From: Camelus dromedarius
Lineage: Eukaryota
Reading direction: 5' to 3'
DNA length: 64,000 nucleotides
NCBI RefSeq assembly: GCF_036321535.1
Contig: NC_087437.1
Coordinates: 118,794,001 to 118,858,000, forward strand
Below the pieces are notes generated by a model. That model saw only the letters and a list, made by a program, of their open reading frames with translations. It had not been told where the DNA came from and did no database searches. Shown in pieces: positions 23,571-38,500 of the stretch. Position numbers and translations under genes: made by a program. How positions within the stretch are numbered: position 1 is the stretch's first letter; every line of letters begins with the position of its first letter.

Positions 23571-26500
23571 CTGGAAGGGGGAAGAAGGGTCAGCAGGAGG
23601 GGTCTCAGCCCAAGGCCTGTGGTTCCAGAGAGGAGTCCTCGGACGCATGGATGGTCGCCTTGGGAGGTCCTGGTGTCAGGCCCACCTCCACTCCAGGGTC
23701 AGCACCAAACCAAGGGAAGGATCTGCTTGAGTTGCCCACTTTTCACTACCCAGGCATGCCCTCTGGCAATAAGAACCCACCTGTAGGCCGGCACACCCAT
23801 ACCACCTTCTGGACAGCCCAGCCTTCCCAGGGGCTCCCCCCCTCCCCCACTTCACCTCCCCGAGGAGACCTCCCGGCCCCGGGACCCCGCGGGCCTCTGG
23901 GAGTGAGTCGGGATCTCCTGTAAGCAGCTCTTTTGCTCCTTTCCTGTTTGCCCATTTCTGTTCCTGTCAAACCTTATACAAATGAGATCACTAGGTAACA
24001 TTTGGCCTGACTCCTGACTTACGCTCAATGGAATGTACGCAATGAGTTGAATCTTTCCCTAGATTGAAAGAAGTCGGAATGAAGAATTAAGTAGTTAAAG
24101 AATGGCCAGCTCTCTATCCCAACAGCCCCGTTTGCAATCCTGCAGGCAGACCACGTGGACGAGGTGATGCTGAAGAAGGAGCACAAGGAGGCACCAGCCC
24201 GCACGCAGTGGGCAATGACGCAGAGCCTAACCTCCCACCTCAGGGATGTACTGAGGTCACTTCCCTTTTCTCCCTTTAAAACCTGTCATGGCTGAGCAGA
24301 ATCTTCAGACTTGGTTTTGGGGGACCTGGGTCTACCTTCTCCCCAGACTGCCGGCCTTCTGATAAGGCACCTTTCCTTCCTACCAACACTTGCCTTTGAA
24401 CAGTGACTTCTGCGCAGCGAGCAGCTGGACCTGAGTTTGGTGGCACTGCTCCAGTGCTGCCTCCTTCCCTCTCTTCCTCAGCGTCTCCAGAAGGCCTGGC
24501 AGCTGGACCCCACATCTGGGTGACTCTACTTTCTGTTCTGATCAAGAAAGGACTGCAGGAGTTGGGCTTCCTTGCAGTTTAACAGCTACCGTCCTCTCCA
24601 TGCACCCTAAGACTTTAGCCTGTGGGCGGAGGGTCGGGAACCATGCAGCTGAGAGGGTCGCAGCACCTAGGGAAAGGCTTTTCCATTCCTGATGTGGAGC
24701 TAGTGAATTCGAGGCACTTCAAGAGCTGAGGGCCTTCTGAACATTAAGGAAGCAAAATTGTGACCAGTAAAGTTAGTGCTTGCTGTGTTTTGCCGCATTC
24801 TGATAGCAGTTTTGTAATTTATGCATAGCATGAAACATATGGAACTCTGGAGCTGGAATTAATTTTGAGGACATGCTCTGCCACATTGAGAACCTGATTT
24901 GGGGCAAAGTAATGAACACAGGCTCCACAGGGTGACTGTCAACTACAAGGGGGCGACGTATGAGAAACGGGTCACAGCAGAAGGGGCCTGACACACGGCG
25001 GTGCCCCTCCCCTCCTTGCTCAGGTGAGCAGCTGTCAACCAGGGTAGCCAGTCTCGGCTCGGAGGGGCCACAGTGCTGACCCGTGCACCTGCACACTCAC
25101 CAGGAAATACGCATTCAGGTGGACCCCGATCTCAGTGATGGAGGAAACCGAAGACGGGTCATTTAAAGAGCCTGATTTCAACTGGAGATTCTGTGAAGGC
25201 TTTCCCACTGAGTTAAAAATCTCTTCTCGGACTGTGCTCAGAACCACGCTGTAAATCTGGTCTTGGCAATAAACCAGGTGCTCCATCTTGAACTGAAGTC
25301 GGATGAACCTTTCTGCTCTTTCTGCTTGTTGTGATTTTATGTCTTCGATCTTGTTCTGGTTGGGTAAGAAAGAGAAACACATTACTTCTCTTTGTCCCCC
25401 TGCTGTGAAAATGACTGAGAAAGTACTGTCACACTGAACGCTGTTACGCCTGAGGCCGTCAGTGGCGGCTTTCAGGAGGCCCCGGCTCGGCCTGCGCTGC
25501 CGCCCTGCCGGGGCCTGCGCGGTGGCTCCGCCGCGGCTCCAGCCAGGCCCGCCCTCCGTGCTGCCTGGGTTTTCCCTCCGCCCCGACCTCCGTCTCCTCC
25601 CACACCCCCGCCTTTCTGCTCCCTCAGCTGTGCTTCGGTCTGCATCTGTGCGTCCACACTCTGGGGTCTCTGGCTGGCTTCAGTCCAAGCTTTCAGAACG
25701 ACTCCTGTGCTAACGAACGCGGTGGGGCAGCAGCTCGAGACCCGTGTTTCCCCGAAGCCCTGCGACTCCCGCGACCCCGCACAGGCAGAGGCCCCGGGAA
25801 GGGCGGGGACGCACAGTGCAGGGAGTCACTTCTGGGTTTTCGAGTTTCCACAGGACGTTCGTACGCTGAGGGTGGAGAGAGTGGTTGGAGAGAAGAGGGA
25901 GCCTGTGAGCTTCACGAAGGCAGGCTGCCCTTCTGTTCTGGAGAGTGCGTGGCCAAAAGCATGTATGTGGCAGCCCCGCTCCCAGGACTGAAGTCTGAGA
26001 GCAGGAGTGGGCCGTGTGTCACTTCCCACAAGGAGTGACACGGAGGACACGAGACCCTGGGCCCCGATGCGGCTCTGGGGCAGAGAGCAGATGGCAGGGA
26101 GCGTGTCTGGGTGGGAGCCCGGTCACGGTGGGGGGCAGTGTGGCCCCGGAGCTGTGCCCAGTCTTCCAAGGACGGCAGAGGGGACGGAGGCCCTTGGGCG
26201 GCAGCTGTCTCCTCGTCCCCGGAGCAGCCTGTGCTGCTGCAGGGAGCCCCAGGCCCTGGCAGGGCTGGGCCAGAGCTCAGCAGGACCGACCCCGCAGGCA
26301 GGAGCACGAGGCTCCCAGGGCACCAGCCACCCAGGCCCTCAGGGGACTGCGTGCATCTTGAAAGCTGCCAGCCTGGAGGGTGGTGGTGAAGGACCAGGCC
26401 TGTCACCCACCCCCTGAGGAGGTGCCCCGGGACTTAGGCACAGCCTCTGGGAAAGGCAGAGAGAGAGGTCGGAAATGAAGTTCAGTTTTCACCAACTGGC

Positions 26501-29500
26501 CAAAGAGGTGAAAGCAGAAATTGTTTTGCGATAGAAAATGACAGAACCGGTTTTCCTGGCTCATCTGATGTGGGATGAGACTCGGACCCGTCAGCCTAGG
26601 CTTGGGCAGAAGAGGGTTTTATCCCCATCCCAAACGGGAGCCAGAGCAGCCCTCGCTTCCCTCTGCTGAGACAGGGGCTCGGGGAGAACTGCCGGCTGCT
26701 GACTGAAGAAGAACACAGCCCTGGCGAGGTCTTTAACTCAAGCCTAGGAGGCTTCGGGGTCGGCCTCGCAGACACGCTGTCCTTGGTGCTGGGAGGAGAC
26801 TCCAAGCCCCAGCCAGTCCCTCGGCTCAGTGACAGGCTCGGGTGTCACCGGCCAGCCCGCACCCCGCCGGGCTGGGGGGCTCGCGGGAAAGAGAGCTCCA
26901 GGCCGCGTGCTTGGTCTCCTCCCCCAGGGAGGGGGCCTCTCCGGAGCAGGAGCCAAAGGGCCGCCGCTCCTGGAGTCGCCAGCCCCGCTACCCTGCAGTC
27001 GTCACCCTGGCCTCCTGTCTCCAACGGACAGTACATGTCTAGCTTCCTTCCCCTGTTAGACCCGGTGGGTCAGCCCGAAGTACAGGTGACCAGCAAGGAA
27101 ACGGCAGGCACTTACCTGGGCAGTTTGACTGAGGTTGGAAAACTCGCTGAAGTGTTTTCTGGCTGTGTCGGTGAAAGTGTGCCAGACAGTCTCTGAGCAA
27201 AGAAAGAGCGAAACGTCAGTGAACTGCAGCCAGGAAGAAGCGGGCTGAAGACACAGGGTGCATGGACCATGACGCCTTGTCCCCGTCCTGAGGCTGAGCT
27301 CCCCAGATCCGCAGACCAAGGGGGAAGGGGGGACGGCTCTCAAGCCCACTGTCACCGCCACCCTGAGCAGGTCCCTCGGTTCCCTGGCCTTTTGGTGGGT
27401 GTGTCCTCTTCAGGGTTAGCACGGGACTGCTCCCCGCACAGCAGCACAGAGGCCCAGCTATGATGCAGATAAAGCTCACACGTGCTCATCCTCCCCCCGA
27501 GGCTGCTAGAATCCGCAGCCTGTGTCCGATCATTCCGTTCCCGGCCCCCCTCCAAGGCCCTGGCACCCACGGGAGGTACAGCAGGCAGGAGAGCGCCTCA
27601 CCAACGACTTTCTGGAGCATGACGACCGCCGGGTCCACCAGGCGTTCCAGGTACTGCTTCACGATGGTCTCAAACGTCCTGTAGTTGACGAAGCCCAGGA
27701 GCTCTTTGCCTCGATACTGCTTCTCATATCTTGAGACTTCTTCATGGACGACGTTTTTAACTACAAGACAGAACAAACCACCATGGTAAATTCTGATAAT
27801 TTCGGAGACATTTTAGAGATGGGACCCATCTCTGAAACTTACCCCAATGTTTCTAAACAGAGGTTTTTTTCATAATCAAAAAATGTATTGCTCTGATGAT
27901 GCCAATTTGAGAAACAGTGACATTTAAGACACAAAAATCTTTATCTGTTCAAATGTGTTTCAACTGAGGGTCGTCATCCTGAGAGAGAAGTTGAATGGTT
28001 ATAATTGGAAGGGAAAAAATCTGATTAAGTGAAAACAGAACCTCAGAAATTCTTGTGCACTTGCAGCTCTCCCAAGAATACATCCAGACACAGCCGGAGG
28101 AATCCTACCATGGATGGAGAGGGCTGTTTTTATTAAGTGTTAAAACAAAGATACACACACACAGGCGCACACGCACACACACACGCACACGCACACACGG
28201 GCACATATCCTCCTGGCACCTGGGCTGCAGCAGAATGGAGCTGGAACTTTGTCAGGCAAACAATCACCCTCTTTGGTCCTGCGTTACGGCTGAAGAGAAG
28301 GGGAGAGACGGGGCAAGTGATACCGTCCAGCCTTGAAAAGCAGGGAAGCAAGAAGGACACAGCAGGTAGGTGGTGGGGGGACTCCTGCTGAGCTGGCGAG
28401 GACAGAGGGAAGCACTCTCGGACACCAGGGGGCCCCCCGCCTGGGCAGGTGAAGCTCTTTGCACACTGTTTCTGCGCTGGGAGTGGCTTCTGGTCTCGGG
28501 GAATATGACCCTGCTCTTAGGGGAACACTGCCCCAGGACTTACCTTTTTGGGTGTTGGCTGCAAGTGTGAGGACCCAGTTTTTAAACTCCTCTCTGATTT
28601 TATTATATAAGCGGGTCTCTTTCTCCTTTACAACTTCTTCTCCTTCTATTAACTTTTCAATGTCCTGATTAAACGCCTTAATTTTCTGAAAAATGAGATA
28701 AAATCATCCATCAGTCCTGTAGTCATATTAAGAGCAGGAACCAGGACAGCAGCGTGTGGTGGGGGCTGGGGTCTGCAAACAGGTCAGGGGACCCCCCAGC
28801 CACCTCATCCCCTGTTGAGACACACAGGGGGCAGGGCGGAGCTCCCACATGTCACCTGTGGGGACGCTCACGTGGAGGGCCACCTAGAGACGTGCGGGGC
28901 CACCAGGAAGGATACGGCCACCTAGAGAGACCTGGTGACGCAGAAGCCACTTTCTGTGCCCAGTGTCAGACGCAGTCCCTGGCATCCTCACCTCAATCAG
29001 AAAGAACATTTTGTCAGCGTCGTGGCTGGGGACGTTGGCTCCACACTGGCGCAGCTCCTCTATCGCCCTCTGCTGGCTCTCCTTTGTTTGATTTTCCAAC
29101 AGTGGGAGGGATTTCTGAACAAAGGAAGAGAAACACTGAAACTCTGCAGCTTGATGAAGTCAGATGACAGATTTCTCAGGTATATGGGTGGAATCCCATC
29201 TGAAAGTATCCCAGGGGATCCGGAATTCCTATTATCCTGTGGGAAGCTTGTTTAGTTGGACACCTGTTAAGGAGCCCAAGTTGGGCTTTGAAGGCAATGC
29301 TATGCACTGCAGTTGGAAAGATCTGCTGTGCTGTGAGGTTTTGCTGTGTGATCTGGGTGGGGCGGAGTCAGGGAAGGAGGGGCCACTTCTTGTTTTGTTT
29401 TGTTTGGCTTGGAGCTTTGCATCGAGAGAACAAATACACTTGAAAATAACGGGAGACTTATTTAATGAAATGTTCTGTTGGTAGTTTGAGTGTTGTAAAC

Positions 29501-32500
29501 TGAAAAATGGTGCTTTGGTGGAAGGATGTGTCCTCGTGTTGGTGTCAGGCTGGGCACCGTCCCGACCAGTCAGTGTAACTGATGAAGATGACAAAGTCGG
29601 GGACTGGGAAGGATGGAGCGGACACCCCGGGAGGGGGGTCTTTGGGCCAAGCATCGGTCCAAGACCTCACATCCCAGGTAAGCCCCACAGGCAATACAAA
29701 GCACGTGTCTTTATTGCTTCTTTTTCACAAGAGAGGAGCCTGTGGCTCAGAGAGGCAGACTGCTCGATACATCACTGAGCTAGTCAGGGGCAGAGTTCCA
29801 TTTGGCACCCTGATCACCCGATCCTCGGCCCGTGCCCGGGAACACGGCAGGTAAAGGCACCTGAGTGCATGATGCTGGTGCAGACACCGGGCAGGATGAG
29901 CTCATGGGGATTTACAGGCAGTCTGTGGATTAGCCTCCCAAGAGGTCGATAAGGTGTGTGTGTTTCTCTCTCTCTCTGGCAGCTCGCAGCCATAGGCAGA
30001 AATGTATTCATTGTTTTCCTGATACTTCAAATGATCATAACTGATCTTGATACAGAATGTTTAACGACTTTAAAATAGTAAAAAACTTAAATTTGAATTT
30101 CAATGAAATATTTAAATGTGAAATATTTAAATTTTAATGTTTAACGTGAAGTGTTTAAATGTTTAAATGTTAATGTGAAATATTTAAATAAGGTTTGGAA
30201 CTATTATCAAAATGCAATATCTACTAAAAAAAAAATGTGTTTATCTCCACTAGACAAGGGATATACCTCTGAGGCAGGCATGCATTTTTCAGAATCCTGT
30301 GCTTCAGATGAAGGGGATTTCACTGGAATCAGTGTTCCTCCAAGTGTGTTCCCCAGGTCACCTGGAACGTGAGAGGGGAGACTCGTGGATCCCACCCAAC
30401 GCCTGGTGACTCGGAAACTCGGACCCGGGCCCTGGGAATCTGAGCTGAAAGAAACACTCTGGGTAACTTTTGTGCACACACAGTTTGAGATCCACTGGCC
30501 ACTTCCAAGCAAATATCCTTTGAATCTGTGTTTTCTGGTTCAAAAGAATCCATTGCCTTTGTGTGACAGCCGGCTCAGCACAGACTGGAATCCAGCCCCC
30601 GGGATCGTCTCTGCCCTAAGGGTTAATGTTCACTCTTCCCGCGTTGTTCGACCTCGGGCACACAGGTCCGGGCAGCACGACACGGGTTCTGCTGCTCCCA
30701 GGACACCGGGCCGCGGTCCGCGGTCGCCCGGTCGTCAGCGACGCCAGGAGAGCTTTGCCTGGGGTCGTCTGTGCTTGAGAACCGGTGAGCACTGAACATT
30801 TCTCTCCTACGAGCTTGAAGCTGGGAAGATGATTTTTGTGCCGTGACGCATTAAGAAGCTACTGGCAAGCTGCCGCGGCGTCCGTTCCCCTCTCCGCCGC
30901 TCTCCCCGGTGCTGGACGGCCCTGACGGCCCCGGGTACCGGATTCCTCCTTCTTCCCTCAGTGCCCCCGAACGGACGGATTCACTCCTTCTTCCAACATC
31001 ATGCAGGCGTTGCTTCCCCGTTACAGACGCTGTCTTGTGAGCCTGTGACTTGAATGACTTGCGTTTGAGACATACTTGCTTGCTTGCTGATTTGGGCAGT
31101 TTGATGGGTGTCTTGGCCAACTGATGACCACGAAAGTGACTTGGACGGGCTGTTACTTTTGTAGCCTGCAGCCTGACCCTCTGACTCACCCTGATGTGCA
31201 CGGTGAGCTCGGCGGTGAGCCTTTCTGCCAGACGAGGCACGGTGGCCTTTCCTTCCTCCAGGAGACCTCTGAAACAGGAGAGGGCACACGTCAGCTCAGG
31301 AAGGGCTCGCTCTCCAGTACTGGGCCTTGCAGGTGGCCAGGGCAGCTCGCATCTCGGGTAACACGCGTCATCAGAAAGGCCAGGCGGCCCACGAGAAGGA
31401 CAGTGACAACTCCGTGGAAGCCCGCACCTCGGCCAGCACGGGGCTGGGAAGCTTGCACTCAGTTATCTCCTCTTATCATCCCAGCAAACTCATGAGTCAT
31501 CTTTTCAGGAAAAGCAAAACACATGTAACTTCATAGAGGTTAAACGACTTGCCCAAAATAGTATTTCATTTCTCCTAACCATTACTTGTCCCCAAATGGC
31601 CGAATCCATCTTCATAAAGAAGAACAAGCAGCAGGCACCCCAGCCCCTGACGTGTAACAGACGTGGCGAAGCTGCCGCCGCGAAAGCAGCGCGGTGCCGC
31701 GGCCGAGACGGGCAGAGGGGCCTCGGGGTGCAGAGCAAGCCCGGAAACACGCCCGCGCGGACGCCGTCAACTGGCGTTGGTAAAAGCACCAAGAACCTGC
31801 AGAGGGGGGAGGACGACCTCTTCAACAGCTGTTGTTGGCGAAACTGGATTTCCACACGCAAAGAGTGGGCCTGGATCCTCATCTCACACCAGACACAAAC
31901 GCCCGCTGAAAACTGCTCAGCGGCTCCAATGCAAGACCTGAGCCAGTCAGACACCTAGACCAGGGGGAACATCTTCATCACATCGATCCTGGAAGTGGTT
32001 TCACAGCTGGGACAGCAAAAGCACAGGAAACAAAAGCAAAACAGGCAGGCAGGACTACATGAAACCACGGAGCCCCAGCACTGCGAAGAGACAATTAACA
32101 GAGGAAAAGGCAGCGAACCAAACGGGAGAAAACATCTGCAAACCACACATCTGATCAAGAGTGTATTTCAGAAATATACAAGGAACTCCTACAAATCAAT
32201 ATCAAAAACCCCAAATAACACAATTGAGAAACGGGCTAATGACTTGAATAGAGATTTCCTCAGAGAAGACACACCGGTGGCCACTCAGTCCATGAAAATG
32301 TGCTAACGTCGCTGATCGTCGGGGAAATGCAAATCAAAACCACAACGAAACATCACTTCCCATCTCTGAGGATGATATTATCCAAACACCAGAACACAGG
32401 CGCTGGCCAGGATGCGGAGAAGCTGGGACCCTTGTACACTGTTGATGGGAATGCAAAATGGTGCAGCCACTACGAAAAGCAGTATGAAAATTCAAAAATT

Positions 32501-35500
32501 TAAAATGGGGCTCCCATATGATCCAGTCATCTCCCTTCTGGGGATTTATTCAAGAGAATTGGAATCAAGATCTCAAAGCAATATTGACACCCCTGTGTTC
32601 CCTGCTGCACTGCTCACAGTGTCCGCGGTGGGGACAGACACGTGGATAAAGAAAATGTGGATATGCCTGCAATAGAATATGGTTCCACCTTTAGAAAGAA
32701 GGAAACTTTGCCACACGTGACACTGTGAATGACCCTTGAGGACTTCATGCGAAGTGCATCGAGCCACCGTAGAAGGACAAAGAACGCCTGGCCCCCTTTG
32801 CAGGAGCCATCTAAAGCCATCAGACTTGTGCCATCGGGGAGTGGAATGGCTGTCGCCACGTGTGGGGGGAGGAGGAAACGAGGGCTTGCTGAGCAAAGGG
32901 GATAAAGTTTCAATTCTGCAAGGTAAGTCACTTCTAGGGGCCCGGGGAACAACACTGCCTGTGGCGAACAGTCCTGCACTGTGCACTTTCACATTTCTCG
33001 GGAACGTCGACTTGTGCCAAACGCTCTTGCCGTCATGAAATGAGTTTTGAAAGTGTTTACGTGGGGCTTCTGAGTGCCTACACCGTTCTAAGGGCTTTAC
33101 AGATATTTAATCATGGAACAACCAGGTTTACAGAGAGAAAGGCAAAGACAAAGGGGAAGGCGCTTGCCCGGGGCCACACACCAGGCAGTCCGGCCGCTGA
33201 GTGTTTGCTGTCAGCACAGATTCAGGAAGGACCCGTGGGCTCATCGTCCCAGGGCTGCTCTGAGAGCTGTCGTGCAGGGGCAGAGTCCCAGTACGCGGAC
33301 GCACGATGACTAAAGTCAGATGTCCAGCGACAAAGCACTTCAACACACTTTTTCATCCAAGACTTAATTTGCCCAAAATCCGGTTGTTTTCAAAGTCTGG
33401 TCCCTGGACCAGCAACACCTGGGAACGTGTTAGGAACACAGATTCTGCCGCCTGACACCCAGACCTCAGAAACTCTGGGCCGGGGCACAGCCAGCTGGAT
33501 CCTCCTGCTGGCTCAGGGTTGAGAACCGTGGGCGTGGTTGTTACAGAGCCTTCTTCTTGCTCGGCGAGCGGGGCTTTCTCTGCCTGCGACCCCCAGTGCT
33601 ACCGAAAACAGTCTGTGTCTTGGATTCAGGGTGGGGACAGACAGAAGGGAGGATCCGGGTGCTGGTTTGGGAGTGTTGGCTCCTTGGGCGCTGGAACCTG
33701 TGTGTGGGTCACATATTTAATCCTAAACTCAACCCTGTGGAGCACCAGCAGGACTCACTGAGCAGATGAGAAAGCAGAAGCTCAGAGAGGGCCAGCCATC
33801 TCCCAAGGGCACAGAGCAAGCAGCAAGCCTGGTCTGCCCAAATCCATCCTCTTCCCACTGTGTCTCTCCTTAAAGCAGGCGTGGTCTGTATCTTCTTACC
33901 CCACTCCCTCATAGTTCAAGAACAGCAAGTTCCTGAATGAATTATAAGGAAAAATTGCCCAATTCAATTGGAAAATTCCCACTGTCTTGCCAACTACAGA
34001 GGCACTACAAGATAATTTTCGATAAGAACCAGTTAGCCTGCAGGCTCTAAAGAGCTGGAGAGTTCCGTAAAGCAAGTGGGTGTGCTGGTTGATTTAACGT
34101 CTTACATCTTTAACGCCTTTGACCAGGTTCACTAGTTTCCAAAAGTTAGAAGATCTGTTTCTAGGCCTCTTTTCATTCACTATTTGTTCAACCTCATCGT
34201 CCTCATCTGTAAAAATGGGAAGAACCTCACCTGCTATATGTACCTCTTAAGAATTTGTGGGACTCAAATGAGCAACAAGTGAAAACCTTTGGGGAAACCA
34301 CAGTGTATATGCCCCATGAAATGCCATGTTACAAGGTTTTCATCAGCACCATCATTAGAGACCAAGAGGAAAATGACTGGTTTAAATAAGCCAACAAAAT
34401 TAACACCAAAATTAAGACAAGGATATGTTATGCCAGGTGGTATAATTTTACATGTAATTTGGTCATCGTATCGGCCAATCCTGGCAGGCGGAACTGGCTT
34501 CCAGGGAGTCCAGCCCTGAGGTTGTCCTAAAGAACCTCACCTGAAGTACGGATGCATTTGGAAGAACAGCGTCTCTCTCCTGGTGGCCTCTGCCAAGCTC
34601 ATTTTGTCCAGGATGTCCTGCTGGCCCCGGCACTTCACTATCATGTAGCCCTTCTTGAGGCAGTACGTGAGGTTCTGCATCACGTTCAGGACGCATTTCT
34701 CGGTGCCCTTGTCCACTAGGTCTGGTTTGGTCAGGATCCCTGTGAGATGATGGAGGAAAGCACTGGAAGGTCAGTTGTCCCCTCAGACATATTTGAGTTC
34801 CACTAGGCTATGGGGCCTTTTATTGGGCAAGACCAACCAAGTCCACAGCCTTGACCGCCCAGTGCCTGGCTGCCCATTCATTGATCCCACCGTCACCCCT
34901 CTTCCTTGCACCTGCATTTGCTTATCCACTCACTGGACTCCTTACCTGCCTTGGGTCATTTGTTTAACAAATGTTTCTTGGGTGCCTGCTGGGTGCCGAC
35001 ACTAAGGCAGCAGCATCAGATCGGACAGGCTCCACCACCACGTTTCCAGGGACCCGTCATCCCTGCTGTCAGGAGGGTCTGGCGTCTCAGGTTGCATACT
35101 CGCTCCACCCCCTCCACCCCCTCCTTGTGGTTCCTCCTCTGAGAGTCTCCCACCTGCTTTCCTGTCTCGCTCTCCCGCCCTCACTGCTCCCCACTCACAC
35201 TGGATGGAAAGCCGTGCATTCTGCGTGATTGTGTTCTTTGAGTGTCAAATTCCCGCTGCATTTCCTCTTTGTTTCCTGTTAGAAACCTGAAGGTCATCTT
35301 CTACTGTCACTGTCATTGTTTTTAATTTGCTGTGAAGTCTGGACTTCTCGTCCACCATTTCCTGAAACTTTCCTGGCACCTAAAGGATTGAATTTCTCTC
35401 TCTCTTTTGACCTTCCTGTCACCAAAAGGTGTCATTTAAGAGCGGATCTTCACAGTCACTAAGAGGTTTGTGCAAGCACAGGCCTTCATGTCACTGACAG

Positions 35501-38500
35501 AGTCGAGATGTCTCTGAATCTACTCTCGCACCTTCCGTGGCCAGAGAGGACCTTCCCCTGGGAGGGAGAAAGCAGCCAAGAAGGCCTGTCCCTGGAAGCA
35601 GCGGTCACTCGTAGAAGCCTAGGCCACTGGCCTTTATTCGCAGGACAAGTACAAGAGAGCAGAACTTGGGACGCTCTGCTAGGACTCGCTGCAGCTGGGG
35701 AGAGCGCCTTCTCGCAGTGAGCCTGGTTGAAAAAGAGGACGCACGCGAATACGTCCCCATCTGCAGCATTTGCTCACGAGCCTCATTTAGGGCCCCAGCT
35801 ACAGGGAAGGCCACTAACTGCCAAACATTCCTAGACACTTCAATTATAAAAACAAAATTAATCCATTCCTAGATGCTGTACACAAACATATTTAATTAAG
35901 AAAGGAGCACACTGAGTCAAGCGCATGCTGAGGGTGTTGAGCAGGTGGCCGTGAACAAGACTGCAAAGTCCCTGATCTCACGAATATCCCCTCCCTTGTA
36001 GTGGAAAAGTGCTAGAGAAATGAATCCAGTAACGTAAGAGAAACAAAGAAAAACATCCGCTGCTGATCCGTGCTATGCAGAGAATGACAGTGACTGCTGG
36101 CAGGTGAGTGCAGGCAGGCGTGGATGGTGTAGATCCCGGCTGGGTCCCCAGGCGGGCCCCTGGGAAGGCAGCGCTCAGGCTGAGGTCTGATAGGAGGAAG
36201 GAGCCGGCCTAGTGAAGATGGGGAAAGACCCTTCCAGGCCCTTGGGAAGAAGGAGCTGGGATGACTGAGCAGGACTGGAGAGGAGGGCGCGGCAGAGAGC
36301 AACGGGAACTGTGCTCAGAGAGCCACGCAGGGGCCAGGCCACAGGGGGCTTGTGGTCCAGGTACAGGAGTCTGGGTTTGTGTATGTGCGGAGGGAGCATT
36401 AGAGAGTCAGTCGGGGGCGGGGCGACACGACCCAATTTGCATGTTTAAGGACCAGCAGAGAGTGCAGTGCACTGGGCAAGGTGAGTGTGGAGAGACCAGG
36501 CAGCAGGTGATGGAGGCTCAGACTGCACAAATGAGAAGTGCAGATGGATGTGGTGTCGGTCTGGAGGCAGAGTCACCAGGACTTCAGATGGGTTAGACAT
36601 GTGTAAGCAAGCAGAAGGCAGAATCAGGTGTGACTGTCTGATTTGGCTTCAGACCTGGGCAGGCAGGTATGGAGCTAAGAAAGGGGCCGGGAAGCCCTGG
36701 GAAGGAGGAGAATCTGGGTAGGGTGCAGACCCCAGGGGTTGTGCTTTGGTCACATTAAATTGGAGACACTTAATGCGCTTCCAAGTGGAGATGTCAGGCC
36801 TAGGGAAAGGTTAAGGGTTACAGATACAGGTGTGGGTGTCGCTGGCAAATCGATGGGACTCGAAACTGTGGACAGACGTGATTATTTAAAGAGGCTGTGT
36901 TAACAGAGGGGAGAGCTCAGGACCAAGTTCTGGGTTTCCAGTACTTAGAGGTTAGAGAATTGAAAAACCAACCAGACCAAGATCGAGACCTCCAGGTGGC
37001 CAGGGAAGAGGAGACCTGAGAGAGAATGGGGACCCAGAGGCCAGCAGGCCGTGATGTCCCAGCGCAGGAAGGAAGATGTCAAGAAGGGAGTGGTCGCCAC
37101 CTTGACTTTGGCTGAGAGGTGGAGGAAGATGAGCACAGGGAAGGGACTGCACGTTTGTCAGCACGGAGGCCACTGGTGACCTTGACCAGAGCCTTCTCTG
37201 TCCCAAGGTGGGGACAGGAGCTCAGCCGGAGCTGGCTGTGTGGACAGTGTGCATTTAGCAGTGCATGGATGGGGAACAAGCTTGGTGGGGACCCCACAAA
37301 TATTCTGACTCTGTTCTTCCCCAAGCTTAATATTCTGTAAGCCACAACTACATCATCCACCAAATTTGTTCTGTTTTCACCCTTTGGAAGTACTGCATAG
37401 GCATTCATTCCTTTTCTGCTTTTAAAAAATGTGCTAAAGTACACGTAACTCACGTACACCAGAGAATACCTCAGTGCGTGAGAAGACGCTGCTCCCCCCT
37501 TTCTGCACCATCGTGGTCCCCGCTTCTCAAGTTAGTTTTATAAAATACGGTAAAATACACATAACCAAGTTTACAATTGTAGCCATTTTTTAAGACTCCA
37601 GTTGGGTGGCATTAAGTACAGCCTCACTGCCGTGCCATCGTGACCAGCACCCAGCTCCAGAATTTTCTCATCTTGCAAAACCAAAACTCTGTACCCTTTC
37701 ATTAACTGCCAGTCCCCTTCCCCGCCTCTGGCAACCGCCATTCTACTTCCTGTCTCTTTGAATTTGTCCAGGTTCCTCAAGTCAGTGGAATCATACAGGA
37801 TTTATCTTTCTGGGACTGGCTTATTTCACGTCCTTCCTTTGCAAGGCTGGACAGCACCCCATTGTGTGTGCGCACCGTGGTTCACTTGTGCACTCCTCCC
37901 TTGATGGGCACTTGGTTTGCTCCCACCTTTTGCTTTCGTGAAGAACGCTGCTGTGCACGTGGGTGGGGATTCCCTTTTCTTTTTAAACCCAGCGCACTTG
38001 TCTCTGTCGCTGCACTTGACCTGGAGTGCAGATGGAAAGCCTGCAGGGACACCGTGATACTGTCTGGGACGCACTAAGGTCTGACTGTGTGTCCTCTACG
38101 CCTGCAGTTCTTGGTGAATTCATATTAATAGCAGCTAATATTTAGCGAGAGCCTTCGGTTATCGGAGTTTACGCCTAACGAGAGGAACAGACAACGATTA
38201 ATAAGAAGCGTTACTCAGTTTCTACAGAGATGTCAACATCCGAATCGATCTACTGGGCAGGTGATATTACCTGCCGTGGCCGTCAGCAGGACATCCCTCT
38301 TGACTTACGATCGTGAGAAGAGACAGGAATTGCACGTACAAGGACGGGTGACCCCAGACCTGCGTTTTCTCCCTGTGTCCATGTGTCTGAGACGCCTGTA
38401 GGGGGCAGGAGCTAAGGGAGCACGCGTGGTCTGGCCTGGAGTAACACTGCACTGAGCCGCGCCCCCATCGGCTTGTGTCCATCCTTACTGGGAAACTGGG

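Noticed and set aside
26465..26525. Possible intronic ISRE-like GAAA cluster in MX2
   Set aside because: Spacing does not match GAAANNGAAA; too weak to call
30060..30195. AT-rich stretch with repeated gtgaaatatttaaat and short palindromes
   Set aside because: Low-complexity sequence; no regular repeat-spacer or transposon end structure supported
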